Source: an uncultured Ectothiorhodospiraceae bacterium (GTDB taxonomy: Bacteria; Pseudomonadota; Gammaproteobacteria; UBA9214). From it: a stretch of DNA of 64,000 bases. Position numbers and translations under genes: made by a program. This document shows, one piece after another, positions 21,375 through 31,377 of this stretch. The notes beneath the pieces were generated by a model, which was not told the DNA's origin, made no database searches, and saw only the letters and a program-made list of their open reading frames with translations. Location: positions 21,028 to 85,027 of the forward strand of contig CAZMAK010000002.1 in the NCBI GenBank assembly GCA_964564245.1. Reading direction: 5' to 3'. Each line of letters opens with the position of its first letter. Positions within the stretch are counted from its first letter, which is position 1.

Positions 21375-23396
21375 CTATGGCAGATCCTGCCAGCCCGGAT
21401 CCGGCGTGAAACGGTCCCCGCGCAATCTTTGCAGTTCGGTCAGCTGCTTGAGCAGGGCCTGTTTGCCGATGGCATCGAGGTAATGCATCGGTCCCCCCCG
21501 GAACGGTGCAAAGCCGGTACCGAAAACCAGTCCGGCATCCAGCAGGTCCGCTTCCGCAACCACGTGTTCGCGCAGGCAGCTGACGGATTCGTTGAGCAGG
21601 CGCAGGACCAGGCGGTTGGTGATTTCCTCCATGTTCCAGTTGCCGGCGGAAGGGGTCGGCTTGACAGGCCTGCCCTTCTTCCACAGGTAATAGCCTCGAC
21701 CGGACTTGCGTCCCAGCTTGCCGGCACTGACGCGTTGTTCGAGACTGGCCGGGATCTCTGCCTGGAAATGGGACGCCAGCACGCGGGCCACATGCAGGCA
21801 GATATCGAGACCGACCGTGTCGGCCAGTTCCACCGGTCCCATCGGCATGCCGTATTGTGTAGCGGCCCGGTCGATCAGGGCCGCCGGGACACCTTCCGCC
21901 TCCAGGATCACGGCCTCCATCAGGTAGGGCATCAGGATGCGGTTCACCAGGAAGCCCGGTGTGCTGGTGACCGGCAACGGCAAGCGGTCAATCCGCCGGG
22001 TAAAGGTCATGGCGTGTGCACTGACTTCGGGTGCGGTAGCCTGGCCGTTGACGATTTCCACCAGCATCATCTTTGCCACGGGATTGAAGAAGTGCAGGCC
22101 GACCAGTCGTTCCGGGCGTGCCAGTGCCGGTGTCAGCTCTTCCAGCGGGATGCTGGAGGTGTTCGTGGCCAGGATGGCATCCGCCTTCATCCTGGGTTCA
22201 ATATTCTTGTATAAAGAACGTTTTACATCGGCATCCTCAAAAATCGCTTCAATTACTATATCCGCCTTCGCCACGCCCTTACCGTGGTGGTCCGGGAGCA
22301 GGCGATCCATGGCAGCGCGGATCGTGACCGGTTGCTTCAATTTCTTTTTGAACAGTGCGTGGGCACGGGCCAGTGCCGGTGCGATCCGCGCCGGTGACTG
22401 GTCCTGCAGGGTGACGCGGAATCCGCGCAGGGCGCACCAGGCGGCGATGTCTCCACCCATGGTGCCGGCGCCGATCACGTGCACGTACTTCGGTTGGTAG
22501 TGCGGGTCCTTGCCCAGGGATTTCAGTTGTTCCTGCAGAAAAAACACCCGCACCAGGTTCCTGGCGGTCACACCGCTCACCAGCCGGGCCAGCGATTCCC
22601 GTTCGCCCCTGAGCATGGCGTCCCTGTCGTTTGCATGCCGGCGCCAGAGGTCGATCATGGCGTACGGTGCCGGGTAGTGCAGGGGTGAGGCGCGCCGGGC
22701 CACCTGCTTGCGCAGGATCCTCGCCAGCAGGGGCCGAACCAGCGGGGAATTGCTGAGCCGTTCCAGTGTGCCGGCCCGATGCACCGGTGGCGCGTCGAGG
22801 ATCAGCTTGCGTGCTGCGTCAGTCAGGTGCCGCTCGGGCACCACCTGGTCCACAAAGCCCATGCGCCGGCCGGCACGACCGTCCACCGTGCGCCCGCTCA
22901 GGATCAGGTCCATGGCCCTGGGCGCACCGATCAGCGGAACCAGGCGCGCACTGCCGCCCCAGCCGGGGTGGATGCCAAGGCGCACCTCGGGCAGGCCGAG
23001 GCGGGTGGCGGGGTCGTCGCGCGTGACACGGTAGCGGCAGGCAAGTGCCAGTTCCAGGCCACCGCCCAGGCAGAAGCCGTGGATGAGGGCGACCGTCGGG
23101 AACGGCAGGGCCTCGAGCCGATTGAAGGCCTGCTGTCCGCTCTCCAGCAGATCCATGGCTTCCTGCCCGGTGCGGATCCGGGCGAAGGACTCGATGTCGG
23201 CACCGGCAATGAATCCGTTGGCCTTGCCGGAGCGGATCACCAGTCCGCGGGGTTGCTGTGCCTGCAGGGCGGCCAGGTGCTGTTCGAATTCCGCCAGCAC
23301 CTCCAGGCTCAGCACGTTGGTGCCGGCACCGTCCTTGTCGAAGGTTAGCCAGGCAATGTGGTCGGGGTCGGTCTCCAGCCGGAAGTGATTGCCCAT
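21375..23396 (-). CDS. Fatty-acid oxidation complex alpha subunit (enoyl-CoA hydratase/3-hydroxyacyl-CoA dehydrogenase, FadJ/FadB). Start set at MGNHF.
   Basis: Crotonase N-terminal domain, NAD-binding VIGAGTMGGDIA, 3HCDH C-terminal domain. Confidence 0.9.
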   Translation of the reverse strand: MGNHFRLETDPDHIAWLTFDKDGAGTNVLSLEVLAEFEQHLAALQAQQPRGLVIRSGKANGFIAGADIESFARIRTGQEAMDLLESGQQAFNRLEALPFPTVALIHGFCLGGGLELALACRYRVTRDDPATRLGLPEVRLGIHPGWGGSARLVPLIGAPRAMDLILSGRTVDGRAGRRMGFVDQVVPERHLTDAARKLILDAPPVHRAGTLERLSNSPLVRPLLARILRKQVARRASPLHYPAPYAMIDLWRRHANDRDAMLRGERESLARLVSGVTARNLVRVFFLQEQLKSLGKDPHYQPKYVHVIGAGTMGGDIAAWCALRGFRVTLQDQSPARIAPALARAHALFKKKLKQPVTIRAAMDRLLPDHHGKGVAKADIVIEAIFEDADVKRSLYKNIEPRMKADAILATNTSSIPLEELTPALARPERLVGLHFFNPVAKMMLVEIVNGQATAPEVSAHAMTFTRRIDRLPLPVTSTPGFLVNRILMPYLMEAVILEAEGVPAALIDRAATQYGMPMGPVELADTVGLDICLHVARVLASHFQAEIPASLEQRVSAGKLGRKSGRGYYLWKKGRPVKPTPSAGNWNMEEITNRLVLRLLNESVSCLREHVVAEADLLDAGLVFGTGFAPFRGGPMHYLDAIGKQALLKQLTELQRLRGDRFTPDPGWQDLP

Positions 23397-23397
23397 G

Positions 23398-24702
23398 TCA
23401 GGTCCTTTCGACCAGCAGGGCGCCGCCCTGGCCGCCACCGATGCAGATGCTGCACATGCCGCGCCTTGCCTGCTCACGTTGCAGCACCTTCAGCATGTGC
23501 AACACGATGCGCGCACCGCTGCTGCCGACCGGGTGTCCGGCGGCGACGGCCCCGCCGTCGACGTTCAGCCGCTGTTCGTCGATCGCCGCAAACGGGGCAT
23601 CCCGGCCCAGTTCCTCGCGGCAGAAACCGGCATCCTGCCACGCCACCAGACAGGCCAGCACCTGGGCCGCGAAGGCCTCGTTGATTTCGTAGTAATCGAT
23701 ATCCGCACTGTCGAGGCCGTGGCGCTGCAGGACCGGCGCCATGGCGTATACCGGTCCGAGTCCCATCTGCGCGGGATCGAGACCGACCCACTGGCTGTCG
23801 ATCAGCTGTCCCAGCACCGGCAGGTCGTACCTTGCGACGACTTCTTCCGATGCCAGCAGCACCCAGGCGGCTCCGTCGGTGATCTGGGCGCTGTTGCCGG
23901 CCGTCACGTTGCCGAGCGGCTTGTCGAACACCGGCCGCAGCTTTGCCAGCTTCTCCATGCTGCTGTCGGTTCGTACACCGTCATCGAAGTCATATACCTT
24001 GCCCTTGTTGTCATACAGCGGTTCGATCTCGTCAAGGCGGCCGGATTCGTGTGCGGCAGCGAGCCGTTCGTGGCTGCGCATGGCAAAGCGGTCCATCTGT
24101 TCACGGGTAATGCCGAAACGGTGGGCAAGGATCTCTGCCGTCTGTCCCATGGACAGACCGACGACCGGGTCGGTGAGTCCGCGCAACAGAGCGATGACCG
24201 GTTTGAAGTGTCCGGGACGCAGCGATCCCAGCAGTTTGATTCTGGCACCGAGGGTGCGTGCACCGGCCAGGTCGGCCAGCCAGTTCACCATGGCGGCGTT
24301 GTACAGAACCGGGGCATGACTCATGGACTCGGTACCGCCGGCCAGCACCAGGCCGGAGCGCCCGGCCGCGATATTCTGTGCAGCTGAATCGATCGACTGC
24401 AGGCCGGAGGCGCAGTTGCGCTGCACGGTCCAGCCCGGTACCCGGTTGCCGCAGCCCAGGCGCAGCGCCACGACACGACCGATATTGGCCTCGTCCGGGC
24501 TCGGCATCATGCAGCCCAGGATCACCTCGTCGAGTGCATCCGGTGCAAACGGCTGGCGTGTCAGCAACGCCTGCCCGGCCGACACCGCCAGGTCCGAGGC
24601 GGCAAACGGCCCGGGTCGGCCGCGTGCCTTGAGGAACGGCGTGCGGCTGCCGTCGACTATAAAGACCGGCCGGCCACCCCACCCAGATTGCTGTGCCCCC
24701 AT
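23398..24702 (-). CDS. 3-ketoacyl-CoA thiolase (FadI/FadA-type)
   Basis: Thiolase motifs VQRNCASGLQ, C-terminal NVDGGAVAAGHPVGSSGARI...CIGGGQG. Confidence 0.9.
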   Translation of the reverse strand: MGAQQSGWGGRPVFIVDGSRTPFLKARGRPGPFAASDLAVSAGQALLTRQPFAPDALDEVILGCMMPSPDEANIGRVVALRLGCGNRVPGWTVQRNCASGLQSIDSAAQNIAAGRSGLVLAGGTESMSHAPVLYNAAMVNWLADLAGARTLGARIKLLGSLRPGHFKPVIALLRGLTDPVVGLSMGQTAEILAHRFGITREQMDRFAMRSHERLAAAHESGRLDEIEPLYDNKGKVYDFDDGVRTDSSMEKLAKLRPVFDKPLGNVTAGNSAQITDGAAWVLLASEEVVARYDLPVLGQLIDSQWVGLDPAQMGLGPVYAMAPVLQRHGLDSADIDYYEINEAFAAQVLACLVAWQDAGFCREELGRDAPFAAIDEQRLNVDGGAVAAGHPVGSSGARIVLHMLKVLQREQARRGMCSICIGGGQGGALLVERT

Positions 24703-27140
24703 GCCTTCTGCTCCTTGGTGAAAAACTCAGGATCGAACGCGTCGACCTGGATAACCCGCTGGCGTGCCGTGATCGCGGCGTGGATGCTGCCAGCCTCCGC
24801 CTCACTGATCACACCGGCCTTGAGACCGGCCTCTGTCGAGGCTTCCGGGTCCCCGTGTTCGAGCTTGCCGGCACGCATGGCGTCGCGCAGTTTGCGCAAG
24901 GCCGGCTCGGCCCTGACGGTCTTCAGCAATGCATCATCGAGTTGTGCCACCGGTTCCCTGTTGTCGTCCGGAATATACACACCTTCAGTAAGCCGGTCAC
25001 GCAGCTCACCGGGTCGCATCAGCAGCTCGGCCAGTTTCCCGCTGAGTGCATCGGACGGACGGCGATAGGGCTTGCCCAGCGGGAAGGTCAGCATGCGCGC
25101 CAGTCGCGCCGCGCTGCGCAGGGGAAGGTTGTCGAAGACCTCGTGCAGGCGCGTCTGGATGTTGTGTAACAGGTCCTGGCAGGCCCATTCGAGCAACGGC
25201 AGTTCCTCGTCCGCTGATCCGTTGTCGTAGTGATGCTTGAGCACCGCACTGCCGAGGTAGAGATAGCTGAGTACATCGCCCAGCCGCCCGGATATCGACT
25301 CGCGGCGCTTGAGGCCGCCGCCCAGCGCCAGCAGGGTCATTTCAACCGTGACGGCAAAGGCCAGGCTCATGCGCCCGAACTGACGGTAGTAGTGGCCGCG
25401 TACCCCGTGCTGCGGCGCATTCAGCAGGCGTCCGCCACTCAGGGTGTGGAACAGGGAACGGCTGCAGGTGCTCATGGCGTGACTGGCGTGACCGCGCAGC
25501 GCCGCGTCGAACGCGGCGACATCATTGCCGGCGACGGCTTCCATTTCACGCAACAGGTACGGGTGACAGCGGATCGCACCCTGACCGAAGATGATCAGGT
25601 TACGCGTGAGGATGTTGGCGCCCTCGACCGTGATCGCAATGGGCAGCGCCTGGTAGGAGCGGGCGATGAAGTTGCCCGGTCCCATGCTGATGCCGCGTCC
25701 GCCGAGGATGTCCATGCCGTCGTTCATCACGACGCGCATGCGTTCGGTCAGGTGATACTTGATGATCGCCGAGGCGACCGAGGGCTCCTCGCCACTGTCC
25801 AGTGCGGCGGTGGTGAAGCCGCGCGCGGCATTCATCATGTAGGTCAGTCCGGCAATGCGTGCCAGTACCTCGCTGACACCCTCGAACCGGCCGATCGGCA
25901 GGCGGAACTGCTTGCGTACGCCGGAATAGGCGCCGACGCTGCGCGCTACCAGTTTTCCTGCAGCGGTGCTCAATGCCGGCAGCGAGATGGCGCGGCCGTC
26001 GGACAGGCAGTTCATCAGCATGCGCCAGCCCTGGCCGACGTAGTCCTGGCCGCCGATCACCCAGTCCATCGGGATGAACACGTCCTTGCCGCGGTTCGGA
26101 CCGTTCATGAAGGCCTGGCTCATCGGGTAGTGGCGTTCACCGATTTCCACACCCGGGGTGTCGACCGGGATCAGTGCCAGGGTGATACCGATTTCCTCCT
26201 GCTCACCGATCAGGTGGTCCGGGTCGTGCAGCTGGAAGGCCAGCCCCAGCAAGGTGGCCACCGGGCCCAGTGTGATGTAGCGCTTCTCCCAGTTGAGGCG
26301 AATGCCCAGCACTCCGTCCTTGCCCTGGAATGACTGGCGGCATACCACGCCGGTATCCGGCATCGAGGCGGCGTCGCTGCCTGCCTCCGGTCCGGTCAGT
26401 GCGAAGCAGGGGATCTCCTGACCCCTGGCCAGGCGCGGCAGGTAGTGCTGTTTCTGAGCCTCGGTGCCATAGGACAGCAGCAACTTGGCCGGCCCCAGTG
26501 AATTCGGCACCATCACCGTGACACCGGCCGAGATACTGCGGCTGGCTACCTTCATGACCACGGCGGAGTGGGCGTTGGCGGAGAAGCCGAGTCCACCATA
26601 CTGCTTCGGGATGATCATCCCGAAGAAGCCGTTATCCTTGAGAAATTCCCAGGTTTCCGGTGTCAGGTCGTGGCGTTGTTCGGTGATTTCCCAGTCGCTG
26701 ACCATGGCACACAGTCGTTCGGTCGGGCCGTCGATGAAGGTCTGTTCTTCCAGGTTGAGTGCAGGGGCAGGGTAGCTGAGTAACCGGTGCCAGTCGGGAT
26801 TGCCGCTGAAGAGATCCGCTTCCCACCAGACGGTGCCGGCCTCGAGGGCCTCGCGTTCGGTCGAGGACATGCCCGGCATGATCCTGCGGTACAGGTCGAG
26901 CAGCGGGGTGATGATGAGCGAGCGGCGCAGCGGATCGGCGACCAGCAACACGGCCACCGGGATGAATACCAGCCAGGCCAGCGTGATGCCCCAGCCCGGT
27001 GGACCATGGACCACGCTCCGGTAGCCCAGCAGGGCGGCGATGGAGGCGATCCAGAGGTAGCGGGAAGCGCGGCGCGCCAGCAGGAAACTGAAAGCGGTGA
27101 TCGCCACGAGCAGTTCGATATACCCGGTCATGATATTCAT
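24657..27140 (-). CDS. fadE: Acyl-CoA dehydrogenase FadE (N-terminal membrane anchor plus DUF1974 C-terminal region)
   Basis: 827 aa; N-terminal TM helices; ACAD N-terminal, middle and C-terminal domains. Confidence 0.9.
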   Translation of the reverse strand: MNIMTGYIELLVAITAFSFLLARRASRYLWIASIAALLGYRSVVHGPPGWGITLAWLVFIPVAVLLVADPLRRSLIITPLLDLYRRIMPGMSSTEREALEAGTVWWEADLFSGNPDWHRLLSYPAPALNLEEQTFIDGPTERLCAMVSDWEITEQRHDLTPETWEFLKDNGFFGMIIPKQYGGLGFSANAHSAVVMKVASRSISAGVTVMVPNSLGPAKLLLSYGTEAQKQHYLPRLARGQEIPCFALTGPEAGSDAASMPDTGVVCRQSFQGKDGVLGIRLNWEKRYITLGPVATLLGLAFQLHDPDHLIGEQEEIGITLALIPVDTPGVEIGERHYPMSQAFMNGPNRGKDVFIPMDWVIGGQDYVGQGWRMLMNCLSDGRAISLPALSTAAGKLVARSVGAYSGVRKQFRLPIGRFEGVSEVLARIAGLTYMMNAARGFTTAALDSGEEPSVASAIIKYHLTERMRVVMNDGMDILGGRGISMGPGNFIARSYQALPIAITVEGANILTRNLIIFGQGAIRCHPYLLREMEAVAGNDVAAFDAALRGHASHAMSTCSRSLFHTLSGGRLLNAPQHGVRGHYYRQFGRMSLAFAVTVEMTLLALGGGLKRRESISGRLGDVLSYLYLGSAVLKHHYDNGSADEELPLLEWACQDLLHNIQTRLHEVFDNLPLRSAARLARMLTFPLGKPYRRPSDALSGKLAELLMRPGELRDRLTEGVYIPDDNREPVAQLDDALLKTVRAEPALRKLRDAMRAGKLEHGDPEASTEAGLKAGVISEAEAGSIHAAITARQRVIQVDAFDPEFFTKEQKAWGHSNLGGVAGRSL

Positions 27141-27356
27141 CCCTGGCGCAGCGCATGCGCCTGTGTCATCCCCTCAGGATTCTAATAATTATATATTAAT
27201 CAATAACTAACAATTTAGACAGGCATGGGTTTGTCAAGTTGCAAGGCCACTTCGGGCATCAGCCCGCCCGTTGCCCGGCTACGGTTCCGGTTATCCTTCA
27301 TGCTATCGGCCGTGGCTCCGTCAAGCTAAGCACAGGGAGCCGGGGTATGCATGGCC

Positions 27357-28478
27357 TCAGCGGTCGAGCAGGCTCAATGCCGTGAACAGCTGCTTGCGCG
27401 GAGTGTGGAAGTGCGGTGAGAACCGTATGCCGCCGCCACGCAGGGCGCAGACGACGTTGTGTTGCTGCAGCGTTTCAAACAGGGACTCGGGCGATTCTTC
27501 CAGCGGGAGAAACGTGACGATGCCCGCATAGCGCCCGGGGGTGTCCGGCGTGAGGACGGTGTACCGGTCCTGCCGGGCCGCCAGGAAGTCGAATATGAAG
27601 CGGCTGTTTTCCTGTATTCGTTGCGCGATTTCCGGCACACCGGTTTCGAGGATCAGTTCGAGGCTCGCGTGCAGGGCATGGACACCCAGCATGTTCGGGC
27701 TGCCGCATTCAAAACGCCGTGCATCGGGTGCCACCTCGCGCGAGGTATCCTCGAAGCGGCCGGCACTGGCCAGCATGTGCCAGCCGTACTGGCGCAGCGT
27801 CAGCTGATCCATGACTTCCCGGCGGCAATAGAACACGGCCAGTCCCTCCGGGCCCAGCAGCCACTTGTGGCCATCGGCCATGACGAAATCCGCCCGGCAG
27901 CCCTGTACGTCCAGCGGGTGGGCGCCCAGGCTCTGGATGGCATCGATGCAGAACAGCACACCGCGTTCCTGGCAGGCGGCGCCCAGCCGTTCCAGGTCCA
28001 GTCGCAGGCCGGTATCGTACTGCACCGAGCTGACCGACAGGACGCGGGTGCGTTCATTCATGCAGGCAATCAGTGCCGCCTCGGGTGAGTCGTGCCGTTG
28101 CAGGTCGGCCTTCCGGGTTTGTACACCGAGTGTCTCCAGTGACTCCCAGACCACCCGGTTGGACGGGAACTCCCGGTTGCCGGTCACGACATTGTCGCCG
28201 CTTTGCCAGGGCAGCCCCCAGGCAACCACCGACAGGGCCTCGGAGGTGTTCTTCAGCAGGGCAACCTCGTCCGTGTGCCTGGCGTTGAGCAGGGTGGCCA
28301 GCTGGCGGCGTAATGCAGCCTCGGTCTGCAGCCAGCGTGGATAATGGCGCGCGCCGGACGTGCCGTTTTCCCGGGCGAATGCGATCACGGCCTGCACGGT
28401 GCGGTGCGGCCAGGGCGCCACGGCGGCATGGTTCAGGTAGATCAGGTCGTCATCCAGCTGGAATGCGGATTCAGTCAT
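27357..28478 (-). CDS. Class V aminotransferase (cysteine desulfurase / IPN-epimerase-like). Start trimmed to MTESAF.
   Basis: LIYLNHAAVAPWP..., FVMADGHKWLLGPEG PLP-lysine motif. Confidence 0.75.
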   Translation of the reverse strand: MTESAFQLDDDLIYLNHAAVAPWPHRTVQAVIAFARENGTSGARHYPRWLQTEAALRRQLATLLNARHTDEVALLKNTSEALSVVAWGLPWQSGDNVVTGNREFPSNRVVWESLETLGVQTRKADLQRHDSPEAALIACMNERTRVLSVSSVQYDTGLRLDLERLGAACQERGVLFCIDAIQSLGAHPLDVQGCRADFVMADGHKWLLGPEGLAVFYCRREVMDQLTLRQYGWHMLASAGRFEDTSREVAPDARRFECGSPNMLGVHALHASLELILETGVPEIAQRIQENSRFIFDFLAARQDRYTVLTPDTPGRYAGIVTFLPLEESPESLFETLQQHNVVCALRGGGIRFSPHFHTPRKQLFTALSLLDR

Positions 28479-28563
28479 GGTGGTGCGCGGGCCGGTTTTG
28501 TGTGACGGGACAGACTTCAGAGTAGAATGCGCGGCTGATATCCATAGGCGGAGCGTATCGAAA

Positions 28564-29121
28564 ATGTCACCTGGTCGCGACCGGATCGCGGTTGTTCTGT
28601 TGTTGCTGCTTGCCGTCGTTTGCGGTCGGGTGCAGGCGGGCGAGGTAAGCCTGCTGATCGATACCGGCGCCGGAACCCTGACTGTGCTGGACGGGGAAGC
28701 GGTGATCCACACCTTCGGTGACATCTCCATCGGCCGCTATGGCGCGACGGAAAACAAGCGCCGCGGTGATAACAGGACCCCGCTCGGGCATTTCCGGATC
28801 GGCTGGATCACCCGCAAGACCCGCTATCACCGCTTTCTCGGGCTGAATTACCCGGACCTTGAAATTGCATCAAAAGCATTTTCTAGTGGATTGATTACAA
28901 AGAATGATTGGCTGGCAATCAGGCATGCCATCAAGCACGGTGAGGTACCCCCGCAAAATACCGCGCTGGGTGGGCGGATCGGCATTCACGGTATCGGGGA
29001 CGGGGACGCCGAGATGCACCAGCAGTATAACTGGACCAACGGTTGCGTGGCGCTGACCAACGAGGAAATCGATCTGCTGCTGACCTGGGTCAGTGTCGGA
29101 ACCCGCGTCGAGATCCGTTGA
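28564..29121 (+). CDS. L,D-transpeptidase (YkuD domain) with signal peptide. Start trimmed to MSPGRD.
   Basis: Signal peptide; HFRIGW...GIGIHG...NGCVALTNEE catalytic His/Cys context. Confidence 0.7.
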   Translation: MSPGRDRIAVVLLLLLAVVCGRVQAGEVSLLIDTGAGTLTVLDGEAVIHTFGDISIGRYGATENKRRGDNRTPLGHFRIGWITRKTRYHRFLGLNYPDLEIASKAFSSGLITKNDWLAIRHAIKHGEVPPQNTALGGRIGIHGIGDGDAEMHQQYNWTNGCVALTNEEIDLLLTWVSVGTRVEIR

Positions 29122-29293
29122 CAGCTCCGTCCGCGCACCGGGATAGTGCTCCCGACCTGCTGATTATTCCGGAATTTATCTGATCAGGGTCATTTCATGT
29201 TGAAATTGAATTCGGTAGCATACGCCCATGCTGCCGGGTAGCCGGCCGCAGAGATGGAAGCGAATACCGATTTTAACCAAGCAGGAGAGAGGA

Positions 29294-29575
29294 ATGTCCC
29301 TTCACACTTCACGTAGTATCCAGGCCCTGGCCGCTGCTGCCATTCTGGTGGCTGGTTTGTCAGGTTGTGCGTCTACCGGTAACAATGCTGCAATGCAGGC
29401 ACAGCAGGCACAGATTGATTCCGCCACTGCCGACGCCGCTGCTGCCAAGGCGGATGCTGCTTCTGCCAAGGCTACTGCCGCCGAAGCACTGCGCACTGCC
29501 AACGAGGCAAAGGCGATTGCGGAAGATACCGAAACCAAGATCGACCGTATGTTCAAGAAGGCCATGCACAAGTAA
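29294..29575 (+). CDS. Major outer membrane lipoprotein (OprI/Lpp-like alanine-zipper lipoprotein) with C-terminal Lys
   Basis: Lipobox LSGCAS, Ala/Gln/Lys heptad coiled coil, ends ...KKAMHK; AGGAGAGAGG RBS; strong terminator downstream. Confidence 0.75.
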   Translation: MSLHTSRSIQALAAAAILVAGLSGCASTGNNAAMQAQQAQIDSATADAAAAKADAASAKATAAEALRTANEAKAIAEDTETKIDRMFKKAMHK

Positions 29576-29601
29576 TCAGTGTGTCTCTGGTGTGATTCAG
29601 C

Positions 29602-29630
29602 AAGGCCCCGGTCGGGGCCTTGTTTTTTGG
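29602..29630. terminator. Bidirectional rho-independent terminator between the Lpp-like gene and the convergent ldt gene
   Basis: AAGGCCCCG-GTC-GGGGCCTT hairpin followed by GTTTTTTGG. Confidence 0.6.
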
Positions 29631-30605
29631 TCAGCGGGTGATCAGCACCGGTATGCCGCTTTTTTCCTTCACCGCCTTGCGCAAGGCCTCACCGTTGAGG
29701 TTCAGGCGCCGGTCTGAATTGATTCCGTTGTTGCCTGATTCCTTCGCCAGCATGTCGGCCACGGCATCCAGTACACGCTGCATGTAGTCCCGGTATTCCG
29801 GTTCGTCTTCTTCCAGTGGCGGGTGCAGCTCGACAAACAGGCCATCGGCCATCCAGCCAAGCTTGATGGGCTGATTGACCAGCTGGACCGGCGTACCGAC
29901 CGGGATATCGGCAAACAGTCCCTCGATGTCTTCCGGGTACATGCGGATACAGCCGTGGCTGACGCGCATGCCGACACCATAGGGTTTGTTGGTGCTGTGG
30001 ATGAGGTAGCCGGGAATGCCCAGATGCATGGCATATCTGCCCAGCGGATTGTCGGGCCCGCCAGGATAGACCTCGGGCAGGTCCCGGCCATCGGCCAGGG
30101 CTTCCTTCCTGATCGAGGCCGGGGGTGTCCAGGTGGGATCGATCTGCTTGCTGACGATGGACGTCCGGCCCAGAGGCGTGCTCCAGTCCATCCGGCCCAC
30201 GCTGATCGGATGCGTGATCATGACCGGTCGCTGGCCGTCGACCGGCTTTGGAAAATAGTACAGGCGCATTTCCGGCAGGTTGATCACGATCCCGGTGCGA
30301 GCGGCCTGTGGCAATACGTAGCGACTGGGTATCACCACCCTGGAATGATTGGCCGGCAGCCAGCGGTCGACGTTCGGATTCGCCAGCAGGATTTCGTTCT
30401 GCCCGATATCGTAACGGCGTGCAATGTCCAGCAAGGTGTTGTCGCGGTTGGCTTCGGTGTACGTGATCTGTCCGATCACGTCCACGTCGGCCGGCGGCAG
30501 GATGAAGGTTTCTGCCTGGCCGACAGATGCAGTCAGCAGCAGGTACAGCCCAAGGGCTGAGCGTACAGAGGGCCTGCAGGCGGCCGGTTTCAGGGGATGG
30601 ATCAT
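29631..30605 (-). CDS. L,D-transpeptidase with N-terminal LysM domain (ErfK/YcfS/YbiS-like)
   Basis: LysM (DTLLDIARRYDIGQNEILLANP) and catalytic HSTNKPYGVGMRVSHGCIRM. Confidence 0.85.
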   Translation of the reverse strand: MIHPLKPAACRPSVRSALGLYLLLTASVGQAETFILPPADVDVIGQITYTEANRDNTLLDIARRYDIGQNEILLANPNVDRWLPANHSRVVIPSRYVLPQAARTGIVINLPEMRLYYFPKPVDGQRPVMITHPISVGRMDWSTPLGRTSIVSKQIDPTWTPPASIRKEALADGRDLPEVYPGGPDNPLGRYAMHLGIPGYLIHSTNKPYGVGMRVSHGCIRMYPEDIEGLFADIPVGTPVQLVNQPIKLGWMADGLFVELHPPLEEDEPEYRDYMQRVLDAVADMLAKESGNNGINSDRRLNLNGEALRKAVKEKSGIPVLITR

Positions 30606-30715
30606 ATCGGCGGCATGTCTATGAGTTCGTGTAATGTATATTATGTTAAATTATAGACAGACCCGTACAGGCCGGCCTTTCCGGCCCCTGGCAGGTGTCC
30701 TGTTCGGATTCCGGT

Positions 30716-31345
30716 TCATTCCTCTCTCCCGCAATGCGCATGGCAATCCAGCAGTATTTTACCGGCAGTCCGCACCGTGTCGCCAAAGGCGATGATGCCG
30801 TCGCGATGCCCGCCCATGACAAACAATCCGCGTTCCCGCATGCCGCCGTCCCGGAACAGACGCATAACCTCGTGCGCCATGGCCGGTGTTCCATACGCCA
30901 CGTTGCGGCGAGTCAGTGGCAAACCCAACCGGTCGGCGGCGTCCCAGATCCGCGCGGAGTGTACATGTAAAACGACCTGTATCGAGCGGTCGAGTTCATA
31001 GAGCATGCCGTGCGTCAGTGCCTCCGATGACGGTGGTACCGGTCCGGTTGCTCTGACCCGGTTGCTCGCCAGGTCGAAATCGATGACCCGCGAGTACTGG
31101 GTGGCCTGCAGCCATTCGGTTGCGCCGGTCTGCGAACCGCTGACCAGGAACGGTAACTCGCCCGGCCGGATGCGGCGGCTGACATTGCCGTAACCGACGC
31201 CTTCATACCGGTCCGGCGACTGGCCGATCAGCCCGAGCTGCCACAGGCGTTGCCGCATGGCACTCAGTTCAGTGAAGTCCAGGGACGGATCGGATGGCGA
31301 CCGGGCGTAGTCGAGTTCGAACTTGATGACACCCTCGTCCTGCAT
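30716..31345 (-). CDS. Class II aldolase/adducin family protein
   Basis: GNVSRR and HVHS motifs typical of the class II aldolase fold. Confidence 0.6.
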   Translation of the reverse strand: MQDEGVIKFELDYARSPSDPSLDFTELSAMRQRLWQLGLIGQSPDRYEGVGYGNVSRRIRPGELPFLVSGSQTGATEWLQATQYSRVIDFDLASNRVRATGPVPPSSEALTHGMLYELDRSIQVVLHVHSARIWDAADRLGLPLTRRNVAYGTPAMAHEVMRLFRDGGMRERGLFVMGGHRDGIIAFGDTVRTAGKILLDCHAHCGREE

Positions 31346-31377
31346 GGGGACCTGCCGCGGAGATTGTACTGAACCGA

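Noticed and set aside
21066-22214. 382-aa plus-strand ORF (and similar ones at 23389-24387 and 25230-26333)
   Set aside because: Antisense to the fadD/fadJ, fadI and fadE genes, whose minus-strand products carry clear catalytic motifs.
27141-27356. AT-rich 216-bp segment as a possible mobile-element remnant or integration site
   Set aside because: No inverted repeats, integrase or tRNA nearby. The segment is better explained as the fadE promoter/operator region.
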